A DNA stretch of 64,000 nucleotides from Geosiphon pyriformis uo1 (taxonomy: Eukaryota; Fungi; Glomeromycota), in contig JAAOMT010000211.1 in the NCBI GenBank assembly GCA_016748015.1, positions 254,933-318,932 of the forward strand, in the 5' to 3' direction. Under the pieces are notes generated by a model. The model worked only from the letters and a program-made list of their open reading frames with translations, did no database searches and was not told the origin of the DNA. Below, in pieces: positions 41,356 to 55,696 of this stretch (positions are counted from its first letter, which is position 1; the number at the start of each line of letters is the position of its first letter). A program made the position numbers and the translations under genes.

Positions 41356-41849
41356 GATTTTCAAGCAACACAAATAAATTAACAAGCTTCCAATATTTTG
41401 GATGTATAAAGAAGGATTCTAAAAAGCTCGTCTTGTTAATAAGTAAGGATTTTAACCTCGCTGGTTTCAATAGCTCATTGATAAATTTCCTAAATGCATA
41501 AATTTTATCTTGGATTTCAGCGAGTCGATAAAACCGATTTAATTAAAATAGTTATTTCGAAACTATTTCATGAATTTTGTTTAAAAAAATGCTAAACCTC
41601 GAAAACTTTAAAATTTTCAAAATAGTTATCTGTGTTTTTCGGCAAAAATTTTTTTTTATTTATGTTATTATTATTCTAATTTTTAGTTAATCTATTTTTA
41701 TTTCTTAATTATATACAATTAAAATATTTTTAATTTAAATTATTGTGATATTCTTAAATTAAATAATCATAAAAAAAAAATTCTCTCAGAAAAACTGACT
41801 TCCCTACTAATAATTTAGAAATTTCTTTGTCTAACTTGCAAAGATTATT

Positions 41850-43450
41850 ATCCATTATCAAAAGAATTTTTTCCAAGACGCAGATTCAAAGGTAACCAGG
41901 GAAATCTGTTCCGGATTCTGAAGACAAAACGGTAGCCCCATTGTTTCCTCAATGTGTCAACTTACAAACTAATCCTTTTAGCGTAAAATCTTTGATACAA
42001 TGTCAGAAATCTGGAAACCAGATCATTAACATGTGGGTAATGATAATACAATAAATAGTTCATTATACTCTACGTTGTTCGACCAGTTTGTATAAACGCG
42101 ATGGGGATAATCTAATTATTAAGATCTCATTGCATCATGAAAAAATCAGCTTGGATGTAATACAGCTAGTAATTTATGATAAAAAGTTTAATTATAATCC
42201 CGTAATTAGTAAGATTCCTTTTCGAAGAAAATTACTCTTTTCCATGATTCGATTTCAAAGAGAATCTTTTCGAGAGAAAATTTTTTAGAGACGCGTTTAA
42301 GGAATAAATTCAAAGGCTCAATGAAAAACTAATCCTTTCGCGGAGATATAATTCTGGATTTTGTAAGTCAAATCTGTCTTGTTGCACGTTAGAAAACAAA
42401 GGGAACTTTTAAAAAAAGGATGAATTTTGATTTTATTGATAACTCTGATTGATTGATCTAAAATATCAAAGAGATTAGAAGAGATCCAGAAACAAATATA
42501 TATATTTGTTTCTTTTGATTAAATGGCTTTATGGTATCCTTTTAATGTCATGAATCTTTCGGTGGGTAATTGATTTAAATCGAGAGATCCCAAGGGTCAT
42601 CTTTACCACCTTCTAGTTTATATATATCTCTCTCCCTATTTAATCTCTTAATGCGATATCCAGTAATTATTTTCATAATAATACCAAAAAAAAATCAATG
42701 AAAAATGATTACTTCTACCATTCCCCTTCCATTTAAACACCTCGGCTTCATCGCTCTTTTAACGATACTTTTTTCTCTCACCAATCACTTTCCCCAGATA
42801 CCCTTTAGCGTTAAATTTCAAGATGAGACCCAGCTGCTGCCAGTATTAATGGCACTTTTTTTTTAAACGTCGCCTGAACAAAGATAATCGTATTGGTAAT
42901 GGTGGAATTACGTTGAACAATCAACGGGCAACGTCTTCAGAACTTCATCAACAGACAAAAGTTGAAAGTGAAGATTGGTGGGAAGTTCAACGATATTATG
43001 AATATCAAACCACGGATTCTCTTTGATTTCTTCTTCGTACAAGTAGAAGAAGCCCAGGTGATTCATAAGCAACATGCACAGATGGATGATATTCAACGAG
43101 CCGAAAATTCTCAAGTACAGCAAGCGTTACAAGAATTCCTAAATACTCGGTTAGGATTCCAGAAAGGAGCGATAAATGCTAGCTGTTGAAGAGGTCCAAC
43201 AACACCAACGCGAAGATTTAATGGAGGTTAAACAATGGCAAAAAATTCACGTTGTTTAGGTAAACTTTTACGGACTGTTAAAGAATGAATACGAGGAAGA
43301 AAGATTGGTCCAGTATGAGTATTCTTTATCGATTGACGCATTCAATGAGAATCAAAACGCGAATAATTTGGTGCTTGGTTATCAAAAACGGTCAAAAATT
43401 AGGTAGCCTTGGTTTGAAACCTTGAGACAGGGGGATTATATATGTCCCAG
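41850..43450 (+). pseudogene. Unidentified degenerate gene-like region
   Basis: Gene-like composition, GT/AG-bounded segments and interrupted ORFs (42088-42288, 42962-43189 and downstream); no family recognised. Confidence 0.3.
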
Positions 43451-44200
43451 GGTAGAATATGTATTTTTTAAAGTGTAATTTTTAGATCTTTTCTTACCCA
43501 TAATTCACTTAATGTTTCTTTTTGAATTTCAATAATTGAAAAAATAAATTCAAAACTTGAGTTTCACAGTAAAACAATTTTTTTCTCCTTTCTAGCACTT
43601 AACTCGAGCATTTAAAAATCTTGAAAAAAGGAGACCGGTTTAATTGGAAATTCCAAGTGACATTCTAAATAATTAATTGAAAATAGTATTATTGTTATCG
43701 ATAACTGAGTAGTTAATTATTAAAGAAACCACGGATGTTGAATTGTAGACGGTGATTAGCCGCATTTTGTAAATTTAGATTATTGCATTTGGTTGCTAAA
43801 CTTTATAAAAAAAATTTGATAATAGACAATAATTTTGTTTTAATTAATATTCATAATATAATAATTCCTAAATCTAAGAATTCTGTTTGTAAGATGAATT
43901 TTATATATGATTAATGAATTTTTATTTTTACAGTAAGTTTGTAATTTATTTTTAATAAATTTAGTAAAATATCTAAAATTATTGATATGTTATTATTGTT
44001 TTAATACATAATATAATCTTAATTAGCTCAAATTATTATAGTTAAAATATAAGTTATATTTATTTTAAAATATTTTATTTGTTGGATTATAATAATAATT
44101 TTAATTATACTTGTTAAATAAAAATAAAAATATAGTTTTAATTTAATTATAAACAATGATGTTTTTTTAATTTAAATAATAATAATAATAATAATAATAT

Positions 44201-44300
44201 TAGCCACATGTAGTAAGTGCGTAAGCCGCGTTTAGTTTGAGCCACTTAGTCTTGGTTCTATGTACTAGATAGCGGTTGGGCTTCACTCATTAAAACAAAA
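44201..44300 (+). mobile_element. Isolated ~95-nt LINE 3'-terminal fragment (or SINE-like element) next to a (TAA)n tract
   Basis: GCCACATGTAGTAAGTGCGTAAGCCGCG aligns without gaps to the LINE 3' UTR at 15141-15168 and is followed by an A-rich tail. Confidence 0.7.
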
Positions 44301-45147
44301 ATAATAATATATTTATTAAAATAAACATAAATTAATATTTAATTTAATTTGTTTAATATAATTATTTTTAATTAATTATTATTATTATAAAAACCAAAAA
44401 AGTTATTTTTTAATATATATATTTTTATTTAAAATTAATAAAAAATATTATTTATTTTAAAAATTTATTTTGATATTATAAAAATTAAAAACTACTTTTT
44501 TTTAATATTATTATACTTATTATTTAATTTTTAATTTTTAATTAAAAGATTATTATTAATTATTAAAACTAGTATATTAAAAATAAAAATAATATTTAAT
44601 ATTAAAATTTAAATTATTTTGTTTTTGTTTATAAAACTGTTTTTTGGTTTTTATTAAAGTATTTAATTAAAAATATTGTTTTAAACTAATTAATTAGATT
44701 TATTTTATGTATTTAAAATTGCTAAAATTAACTTATTATGTTATTATCAATTATTAATAAACTTAATATAAAATAAAAATTAAATTTTAAAGTTTGGTTT
44801 AATAGTAATTAATTAACAAAAAAACTGTTACAGTTTTAAATTATATTTATAAAAAATAATTTTATTATAATTAATATTAATTACAAATATTAATTTAATT
44901 GTAATCATTTTTATTTTCAAAATGATCACAATTTAAATTTAATAATAAATTTTAAAAATCATGTATTTTAAATTTATATTATTTTACATGTTAAAAAAAC
45001 CAAAACCAATTATTGTGAAAAAACAAAAAATAACAAACTTAAGGAATAACAAAAACTATTTATTATACTATTCTTAATAAAAATCAAGTCTATTTTTGAT
45101 AAAATAGTATATTCCTACATTATTATTACCAACAGTATAAATCTCTT

Positions 45148-46643
45148 CTAAACACGGTTACGTGATAAGATCAATCCCAACAAGATTACAATGTATTGAT
45201 AAAGTGCTTCTTTAGACATGAACAAAAATGCTGAAGTCATTACTGATTGTAGCAACTTGGAGTTGATACCCTTATAAAGACCTCCAATCCCTTCATTTCG
45301 GATTATTTTCCGTAATCCATCTATTGTTGAATTGTAACGGGCATTTGGGTCAGATGATTGACGAAGTTGCATCCGGGATTTTACAACTCTTATAAAAAAT
45401 AAAACATAATATTTTAATTTTATAGTTTTATAGTTTTTTAACATAAAAAAGTGGTTGTTGAAGTCTTACATGTAGGGATATGTAGATCCAGTGGCCGCAA
45501 TTTTACTAATCGCGCCTAGCATAAAGAAATCAAGTTTCCCCAACTTCCGCGTTTTTCTTAGCCGAGATTTTAGTTGTTCAAACAAAGTGTATTGGATGAT
45601 CGGATTAGCCACCAATATTAAAGCAGGCATGACCCCAGCCCAGAAAGCTCTCACTCCATCTTGTTTTATGATTTTTAAAATAGTATCAAGAGTGCTAGGG
45701 GCTTTTTGTGGTCGACGAATATGTTCTGAGGTTTCACCTGAGCTAAAATTGGATTTATCATCGTCATCATCATTGTCATCAAGAGATTGTTTACGTGTAG
45801 TCATTCGAGTCTATGACGATTTTCCAGGTTAAACATTATATTTAATGGACGGGTAAATAAAAATTTTATATTCCACTTACATTAACTACCCAAATAGGAT
45901 TCGTAATTATAACAGTAGCAGATCCAGCAAGTGCACTCGCAATAATATATTCAATGGTACTAATGTAACGCTCAGAAGGAACCATTTTCTCGAAAAATGA
46001 TTTGGTCAATTCGTAAAAGTAATAATAGACACCTGTCAGATTTTAATAAAACGAATACAAAATTATAGATAAGCGACAATGTATGTAACGCGGGACAAAA
46101 AATTCCAATTGATCAACATGAGAATACTAGCCATTTGTCAAACCCATCCCAAATATAGCTGAACTCAATCCACTATTGATTTAGTTGTTCGATCCGATCA
46201 AGGGAGTGCAAATTCAGTGAGAAATATGAGAGCAAGAAGCATAAAGCAAAATCAAAAAAAGAAGCTTTACGCGTAAAGACCAGGGATGCCTTCATTTAAG
46301 AAGATCTTTAGGATTGCATCCCTTGCGCCCTTTTAATAAAAAAAATGAGACCAAAAAGCCAAAATCTCGAATAGATTATTAAATGATACAATAGTTGAAG
46401 ACCTTGTAAGCTTTTGCATTCTGAGAGTCTTTCTGCACTTGTAAGCGAGAACTCACTGTGATCAAGGGGTAGGTAAGAATCATACTAATGATTCCCCCGC
46501 CCGCACCTGAAAATTTGTGCAAAGAATGAAAGAGAAAAATTATCAAGATCAATACATCTTGACGTTGACGGGTTCGTCAAGTTCACTAAGGCTACGTTTA
46601 TTAATTGCATACCGCTGAGAGCGTGAGCAAGATTATCAGACAT
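45148..46643 (-). CDS. Peroxisomal membrane carrier, PMP34/PMP47 type (SLC25A17-like), 7 exons
   Basis: MSDNLAHALSGAGGG...TYPLITVSSRLQ, ITNPIWVVNTRM, PALILVANPIIQY, TYPYIVVKSRMQ, EGIGGLYKG; three carrier repeats. Confidence 0.92.
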
Positions 46644-47145
46644 TCAGAGAGAGCTCTTTTTTCAGTCAAATAAAAAACCAAAGAACTTTAGATTCTGAAA
46701 GCAATAGTACTTTGAAAACCCCATTGAGACTTCCTTTAACACGTGTAAACGCGCATAGACCATCATTCTCGAGAAATCCAACCAATATATGACGTATTTT
46801 AAAACCCGTGACTACTTCTAATTTACCGAAATATTTTTATGTCTTGTTGATTATATTTATTTGAGTTTAATTAAAAATATTCAAGTTCGAATTAGTTTTA
46901 ATTTCCAACCCGATATTTTTAACCTCTCAACTCTATAGAATTCAGGACCTCACTTCCTTTTGAACCCATTCTGCAATTATTCATACCTACATAATACTCT
47001 TATTATTCAGCCATTGCTTGATTATACCCACTTGATTCTAATGATTACCTGCTGTTTTGATAAGAGAAGGTGGGAGTAAAGAAGTATACAGCAATCAAGG
47101 AAACTACGTCTGAACACACCCACCCAGAATTACTTTTCATTCAGC

Positions 47146-48423
47146 TTATTTTTTAGTCCCTTTTCGAAAAGACTTGTATTCAGCTTCTTGTCGCTCATAC
47201 GTACGTTGCAAGAATTCTTGTTTGTCCACAAAGCTAGCAATGAAAATGAGAACGAAATTTAATAAGGAATATAAAAAAATCCAAGGTAAAATAAACTTCC
47301 AATTCACAAACCCGCTCTTATTATGATATTTCAGTTCATCCACGATTCCCTCCTTCTCAACATATTTATTCCAATCCATTTTCGATTTATCTAATGTGTT
47401 GATTTTTGTAGGCTTTTTGTTAAGAGATGACGCTAGTCGACTCAAATTTGATTTCAGTCTTGGAGCTTTACTACGTTCCGCAATAACAGAAGCTGACCTA
47501 TTTGATTTGGCGGATAACGATTTGGATCGGGAGGAAGAAGAGTGAGCTAGAGTATTAGATGTGTCGCTCGGCGAATTACTATTAGCAATACTATTTATAG
47601 AAGGATTTTCGTCTTTAAGAGGGCTAAACAATTGGATATTGTCAGATTTTGAATTCTCTCGAGTGGCTAGGAATTTCGTTGCAGCATCAGAATCTTCAAG
47701 AACATCCTTAGTTTCTCTATAAATTATAAACCATATTAAATAGTATCAATAAAGTCTTCCAGAAAGAAGAAGAATGGTTCGAATAATTACATTATCGTTT
47801 CCCCGGCGAACTCGTATTTTTCAGTTATTGTTAGCATCTTTTGAGTTGATGTGCGATGAATTGGTGAGACCTAGTTAAAAAATGTTTTAAATTATAACAG
47901 AAAGCAAAAATTTTTGATCTGGAAGCAATCAAACAATTAAATACCCAACCTCTTTGTTTAAAGCAGCCTCAGGTTGTGACGATTCTTCATTAAATTCAAC
48001 CCATAATGCATCAATTTTATTTTTTCTTTCAGCAGGAGATTCCATGAGGTTGTCGACAGCTTCTAAAACCCTAAATTAATGGAAACATTAGGTTTGATTT
48101 CTAGCCTATACAATCTAATCAGCAATAAGACGTCGGTTCTATGACCTGAGTTTGTTGGAATTCTGTTCAGAGTTCAACCGCATGCTTTTACGTTTTCGGC
48201 CTCCTCTAATCTCTGTGTCCTCTTTAGCCTTATCTCGATCCTCTTCAAAATATTCATCCTCACTAACACTTCCTTCGTCTAAGACATTAGTGAAGGTTGG
48301 AAGCTATGATCAAAAATTTGAAAATTGAATTTACCAAAAAAAGCATTAACCTAGTGGGCTAAAATCAGGGTCATCAGAATCAGTTTCAGAAACTCTATTT
48401 CTTTCGTCTTGGTGTGCATCCAT
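47146..48423 (-). CDS. SWC5: SWR1 complex subunit Swc5/CFDP1 (BCNT-C domain), multi-exon
   Basis: Acidic N-terminus DSDDPDF, YEFAGE, and C-terminal KINTLDKSKMDWNKYVEKEGIVDELKYHNKSG-FVDKQEFLQR. Confidence 0.88.
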
Positions 48424-49057
48424 CGCCGAAGCAGACTTTATAATGAAAGGTTTGTGCAAAAACCAAATTTTTTATAATAGAAACAAAAATACAAATTTAA
48501 GTTTTTATTTAACAATAAATTTTATTCATTATTTTTATGTTTTTTAATTTTTATTGGCTAAAACATTCTTTAAATACTTAATTTAATAAATTTTTCTCAA
48601 TTTTAACAATTGTCTTGGAATTTTTCTTTTTTCAATACCCATTTTCATAAACGGCGAATGTCGATGAATATCAACTTTCGGGTTACACTAGCTGAAAAAT
48701 TACAAGAAATATTAATGAATGTAATATTTCTCAACTTTTAGTAATGGTTAGGATCGCATGAGAAAGTATCCTCTTATTTAATAACACAATGATTATAATA
48801 ATTCGAATTCAAAGCATTCTCGAATAACTCGAATTAATGATACTAAACAGTCGAAAAATACAAAATAAAAATACACAACTTTTCATATGGTCGAATAACA
48901 CCATTGTCCAATATATGTAAGGTCCAACTTCAGTTATGATATTAGCGCAACCGAATAATAAAATATGTTCAGATGATGAATAAAATATGTTCAGATGATG
49001 AATAAAAATATAACCCAAAAGTTCTTCTCACCCGACCTGTCCAAACTATTGCGACAG

Positions 49058-52000
49058 TCAAGTTCGTGTTTTTTCATCGGTATTAACTAGCATATTATCC
49101 GTTCCTTCTTGAGCTTGTTCCCTTGCCAAAGTTTCTGAGGCTGAAACCTCAATCCCCGCCACTCCCACTCCCACTCCCATAACATCAGAAAAACTCATAT
49201 TTAAACCTGCAACCCCAATCCTGTCCATACCTACTTTATGCCCTTCTATAACACTATCTTTAGATACAGAACTTGGGCTGTGAACTCTCCCTAAAGCACC
49301 ACTACTATTATTACTAGGTCTCTCATCAGGCGTTATTTCGCTCATGGGAAATAAAAAATAGTCATCATGAAGCCTTAATAAACCTCCAGATCCAATGGAC
49401 CCACCTGAATCTCTCCGATTTGTCCTTTCTTTAAGATTAGGAAGACCACTGATTGCATTAAGCGTCCCAACGTTTAGACTTCCTGTACTACTTTGCTGGC
49501 CAATACTTACCATTTCATCACCGCTACCCTCTCGCTTCATAATTGACTCTGAGGAACCAGGGCTGGAATCTTCTCTGATTACCCGTTGATGATGTGGGTG
49601 ATAATGATATTGTCGATGTAAAGAAGTCAACGATGAGCTTGAACCTGCTCGTCGAAGTTCTCCAATATCCTCAGGATAAGAAGAATAAATTCCAATGGTA
49701 TTAGTGTTCTCCGGTTGTAAAAGCATTCCTGCTGGAACCCGGCTTCCACTTCCAACAGAAGTCAAACTACTGCTCCTTCTAGGTCTGTAAGCTCCTCTGG
49801 AATCTGAAATTCCCCTTTGTGGTATTGTCATTGGTTGAGGCAATGAAGGCCTTTCCACTGTATCTAAATTTTTATTTGTCCCATTTTCTTGAAGGGTCAA
49901 TGAAATAGTTGGCTGATTTGTCGGCGAGCGGCCTATTGATGAAGTTGTTGACTCGGAGGAAACAGATAAGTTGGTGGAAACTCCAAGGGTATCATTATCG
50001 CTCCTCAAGGGAGGAGTAAGATTTTGCGGATTATTTAATACGGCACTCGAAGATAATGATTCTGAAAAATTGTTGTGAGATTCCTTGAGCTGTTGGAATC
50101 TTGATAATGCCAACTTTAAAGATATATATTCATTTTGACAATAATGAGTGTTGAGGAGAGAAAGACGGGCAAAAAATGGAATATTAACGAGTGAACAGAA
50201 TTTTCAGTTCATCATAGATTTGAAACAACCCATACCCTTGAACGATAAACAGATCCAGATATTTTGTTGCTTGGACTTCCGGACCAATCTAATCTTGAGA
50301 GACTCACGCTATTCAATTTTAGAGGTTCTCGAGAATCCACCATTCTCACAAATTCTCCGACATCATCATAATCTTGAGAGACAAAAAATGACTACAAAGA
50401 AGGATCATTCCTCATGAATTTAAACTCAATATACTTTAAAGGAAACCCAAAGAGACTAGTAGACTGGATAGAATTTCATGATGTCCTCACTCACTGAATT
50501 ATATGACCCTCGATCGCTGGTAGTATCATCACTTCGGTTAGTTAGGAGACTTCCTTTTGATGTGCGTCGGCCTCCAACGTTCCACTCTTTTTCCCGTCCA
50601 CCAGATATACCAACTGGTCTTTCGTAACGATGGCCGAAACTGGAAGAAAATTTTTTTGGGAATGTGCTGGGACTTCCACTAGAGGAATTGGATCTCAATG
50701 AAGATGATAACATATTTCCACTCCCAATGGGTAATGATCTTGCTGATGTTGGGGAAGATGCATATGCATATCGCTGATGAAGTGAAACTGAAGAAGGAGA
50801 TCGTTGTATAGGGGACGACGATACACGATCGGAAAAGGTAGGAGAAGGAATATTATCGATATGAGGGTATGTAGGAGAGGAGGATAAGGAAGGATATTTG
50901 AACGGTGAAACAAGGGTGACATTCGGTCGATTTCCTGAAATAGGAGAAATCGGCGGATGTAGTAAGTCACGCTGTTGAAATTGATAAAAGTTTGAGAATA
51001 ACTAAATTAATGTAGCTTATTAAAGCATTGAAAGACAACGGATAAAAATGCAGTTGTGTTTACCCCGCTTCGTGATATCAGGCTACCAGATGTGCCAGTA
51101 TGAAGGGCCTGTGGATTTTTCCCTTGATCTACATTTTTGATGCTTAATGAGGGTGCAGAGAAGTTGGAAAAGTTTGAACCTAAGGTTGGCTGAGGACGAT
51201 GATGACTAGATAAGGATGATGATGATGATGACGAAGAACGTGGAAGTCTGGACACGCTATTTGATATTTCCGTATCAGTATTTGGTGTTGGTGAGCCACG
51301 TTTCTCGATTGGTGGAGTCTCAGAAAATAATGGGCCAGGATTATGGGGAGAAACGGAGGTGGACCGAGAGGGACTCTACCAATAAAAATATATAATATGA
51401 AAGGCTGTGTAGGGATGCATCAACTGAATCTGATGCGTACCTTTTGTATTTGTAATTGTTTTTGATATAAATTCGTGGGATAACTTCTCCTTCGGCCATC
51501 TGTTTCATCTGCCTGCCGTCTTTGTCTCTCTTCCTCTTGATAAAAGCGTGCCATCGTAGGAGTGAAATAATTTTCGTCCATCTCTTCAAACTTTGAACTC
51601 AGTACTGCTTCTGAATTATCATCAATATGGAAATCACAATTTTTACGAAAAATCACGTTCAAAGTGAAAACCCTGGGATAAAAAAATCACAAATTCAATA
51701 AATTTCTTAAGGAGGTCAAAATGGCGACAAATAAAATTTCCTAGCTCTTCTTTTAAACTTTGTATATTTACCCAAAGGGAGTGTCGATCGAGCCAAAAGT
51801 AAAATTCGAAGATATTGGAGCTGTTTCTCCGATTATTATTGGAATATCTAAAATTGATATCGTGTACAATATCAGCTATGAGAAAGGAGTTTTAGATAAT
51901 TTCTAAAAGTCTTGTATATAGAGAAATAACCTAAGCCAATTGCCCCATTGATTCTCCCTGGAGGTATGACAAATCGATGATCAATCTTCATTGAATTATT

Positions 52001-53123
52001 TGATTTCATTCCCCTGAGCCTTTTGAACAGTCGATAGGTGGGCATAAGTCGCACGTAAGCATAAAGTGAGCGAAAAAATGCGATCGACTTCTTGTATACA
52101 ATTGGAAGGTCTGGAGGTGGGTCTGGCAATGGATGACTATGGACAATGAATTTCGTTGATGATGGGCAAAATTCTTGTAGATTGAAAAATCAGGAAAAGA
52201 TGCAGTTTACATAAAATTTCCATGTTTTCTACCTCAATGTCAATTCCCAACTTTCCAACATGATATTTGTTTTTTTAACACTTTCATATGAACCTGATAG
52301 ATTTTGCAGGTCAACTTTGTGTTTACGAAGGTTCTCATCGGTTAAAACTAGAATCTGATTCTGTGCCAATTCTTTAGTATCCAGAAAAAACTCAATCACC
52401 ATGGGTTGTGGTGGTACTGAAGACGTCGTAGCTGCTTGTCGCCAGAATTTTATATCTTCTTTAAAGACATCGGAATCTTCTAACTCAAGGTTGAACTGAA
52501 ATATAATTTATTTAAATGTCAAGAGAAAGTTAAAATTGGTTCCAAACTGATAAAATTTTTCTAAAGCGATTAATTATACATAAACTAATACAAAAGACTG
52601 AACAGTATATGGATCAATTGTAATACTTCTTATTCTTCCTATTCTTATGAATAGATTCGAAACTCAAATCTTTGAATAACCATTCTAATGTCGGGATAGA
52701 TTGACAGTTACTTCCTTGCTTACCCATCTATTAGTTTTTTTGGCTTGCTGGGTTGGCTGTCGTGAGGAGGATGTGTTGGTATTAGAGGTCGCTTTGGTAC
52801 TGCTCAAAAGATCATATTGTAGAAGACGGGAATGGGTCACGATTTGCGCAACTTTGCTATAGAAATTCTTGAAAATAAAAGGAGATGGCACAAATAGAAG
52901 TAAGCAATAGGTGAGGTTTGTCCAAAGAATATCAGAAATAGTTGCAGTGGTTGGGAAAAGGGTTTAAAGAAATCTCAACTACCTGAACAATTTGATCAGC
53001 CTTGTTAGAAGTTCGAGCCGGAGGTGGTGCTGCCGGGTTGTTATTTGATGCAAAATATGGCGCTACTGGTGGGGAGGAGGCTGAGAAATTGGAAGAAGAC
53101 GAGGGGTTTGTGTGCGAGTACAT
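49058..53123 (-). CDS. ATG13: Autophagy-related protein 13 (N-terminal HORMA domain plus long Ser-rich IDR), multi-exon
   Basis: KADQIVQNFYSKVAQIVTHSR, NRWFNLEL, PMVIEFFLD, ILESW, DLPIVYKKSIAFFRSLYAYVRLMP and KKFSSSFGHR. Confidence 0.92.
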
Positions 53124-53544
53124 ACGGCATCAAGTTTGCCTTTGGGAAATTTTTGGATAAGAGACGGAGGTTAAAGCTTACAAGCGAGACCTACATTGAC
53201 ACTCGCGAAACTGCTTGTAAGGAAATAGCCCACGAATAAAAAAAAATGTATTCTACAGGATTCAAAAGCAAATACGGAAACGAAGGAAATAATCATGTTT
53301 GTTGATTTTCTAATGTTTGTTCAAGGAATTTCTACCGGGTGGTAAGAAATTATTGGACGGCGGCTAAAGTCAAATTGTTTTAATGCAAAAAGATTAAAAA
53401 GTGAACGGAAGAATTAACGGCTTTTATTTTGTACTAATTTGTATAATAATACAATCAAGTGATGGCGCCTGCTGAGTCGTGAATGCCCAGACTCGAATTT
53501 CTATATTGGATAAATATTATTATGCACAGGAATAACGAACGCAT

Positions 53545-53551
53545 TGACTCA
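53545..53551. promoter_or_regulatory. Gcn4/CpcA (AP-1-type) site TGACTCA upstream of ATG13
   Basis: Perfect heptamer ~420 nt upstream of the ATG13 start; a related TGAGTC lies at ~53473. Confidence 0.35.
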
Positions 53552-53999
53552 CATCTGTATTAACAATTAAAAAAGTTTTTGGCCCAATATTTTGAAACAT
53601 GATCGAGATTAAAATAATAATAATAAGGTGTTAATCATGACCAATTTAAAAATCTTTCATTTTGACAGCTGAACAAATAAAAACCATTTCATTAATTCCG
53701 CAGAGATCTAACTAAAACAAATGGGGGAATCCGGATGTATGTTAAAGGTCTCAATGATGGTACAACTTGTATTTTTGTATAACATTAAAAAATGACATCA
53801 TTTTGATTTACGATATTTGATATTCGAGTTCTTCAGGTTTACAGAGGTTATTAAAAGAATCCGAGTTCAGGCGAATTATTATACTTGTCTCCATTTTAAT
53901 TGCATATTTAATTTTCTTTTTTGAATTGATATTAATGAACTAAGATCTTTTCCGAAATATGCCAAATATCTAAATAATAATATTTGATTTATACAAACA

Positions 54000-54015
54000 A
54001 TTAAATAATTAATGT

Positions 54016-54056
<41 letters not shown>

Positions 54057-55665
54057 TAAAATAATATAAGTTTAAATTATTTTGTTATTTAAAAACTGTT
54101 AACTTTAAAAATAATATTTTACTTGTTAATATTTGATTGCTTAAACAATAAAACAATTATTATTTGGAACATAAATACATATTAATTTTTTGCTTTAAAA
54201 AATTGTTTATTTTACAATTGTTTAAATTTAACAAAAAAAAAATTATTTTAATATTATTTATTTTATCAATTAAAAAATATTAAATATATTAACATATCAA
54301 ATACTGACAATTGTAATTCAACTATAATTTAATATATAACTGATAATTAATATCTATTTTATTAATAATATAATTTAAATCTGTATTATTTTTAATAAAT
54401 ATTATTTAACCAATTCTGATTTTTTTTCTATTAAACTATATATTCTAATTTTGAAATTTTCATAAAAACCACAAATAAACCAAAATTATTAATTATTTAA
54501 ATAAAATTGCTTAAGTTATTTTTAATTTTACTAAAAAGTTTTATAAAAAATCCAAAATTTTAACCAAATTTTAATTTAAATATTTAATAAAAAGCAATTT
54601 TGCTCTATTTAAACCATTTAAATAAATTTATTTTCAATAATAAAACAGAAATTTAAATAATCAAAATATAAATAAATTTGACTATAAAATTTATTAATTA
54701 AGTTAATTTTAACAATTTAGCTTTTAAAATATTTAATTTAACATTAAAACTACTTTTAATAATATATAATATAAAAAAAAAAGCAGTTTTGACATAAAAT
54801 ATTAAATTAACAAATAAAGTAACCAAAATTTTAAATAAACCAAAAAATTATAATATTGTAATAATTTTAAAACTTGAAAGTTTTTTATCAAATACAATAT
54901 TTTTATAAAGTATTTATTTTAACAATAATTTTATTAAAAAGATTTTTATATTTAAATATAATAATAATAAATTTTTAAAATAATTAAAATTAAAATTACC
55001 AATTTAAAAAACCAAATTACTATTTTTAAAAATAGTATAACCAAAAAAATTAATTAATTTAGCTTTATATATATTATAAAAAACAATTATTATTTTTTAA
55101 TTAAGTAAAAAAAAATATCATTACTAGTTTTTTATTAAAATTAATTAGAATTTAAAATTTTTTCGTTTTTTATTTTTATATCCATAATTAAAACAAAGAA
55201 TAAAAAAGTTTCAAATATTACTTTTTTTATAATAATTAATAAAATTTTAACAATACACATGTTTTTTGTTGTAAAAACAGTTAAACAAAACGTTTTAAAG
55301 ATATTTTCTTTAAAGATTAATAGTATAAAACTGTTTTTAGTAACTTTTAAAGCATTTTTCTTTTTTTTAATTGGTAGTTTTTTTCAGTTAAAGTTTTTTT
55401 AATAAATACATTAAAGTTAATACTAATATTATTTTTATATTTTTTAAAAACCTCAAAGTTTTTAATAACAGATTAGTTAACAAGCTGGTATTTTTTACTT
55501 TTATTATTATTATTATTATTATTATTTTGTAAATAATCAAAAAACCAAAAACTTTAAAAATAGTAACAATTATTTTTATTTGTAATTATTATATTAAATT
55601 TTTTGTAATTTTAAATAAGATTTTAGATAAAATTTCTATTACAACAATTAACTTTTTTTTATGTA

Positions 55666-55696
<31 letters not shown>

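Noticed and set aside
48959-49002. 22-bp direct repeat downstream of ATG13 (similar ~20-bp duplication at ~36140-36185)
   Set aside because: Simple slippage duplications with no sign of function.
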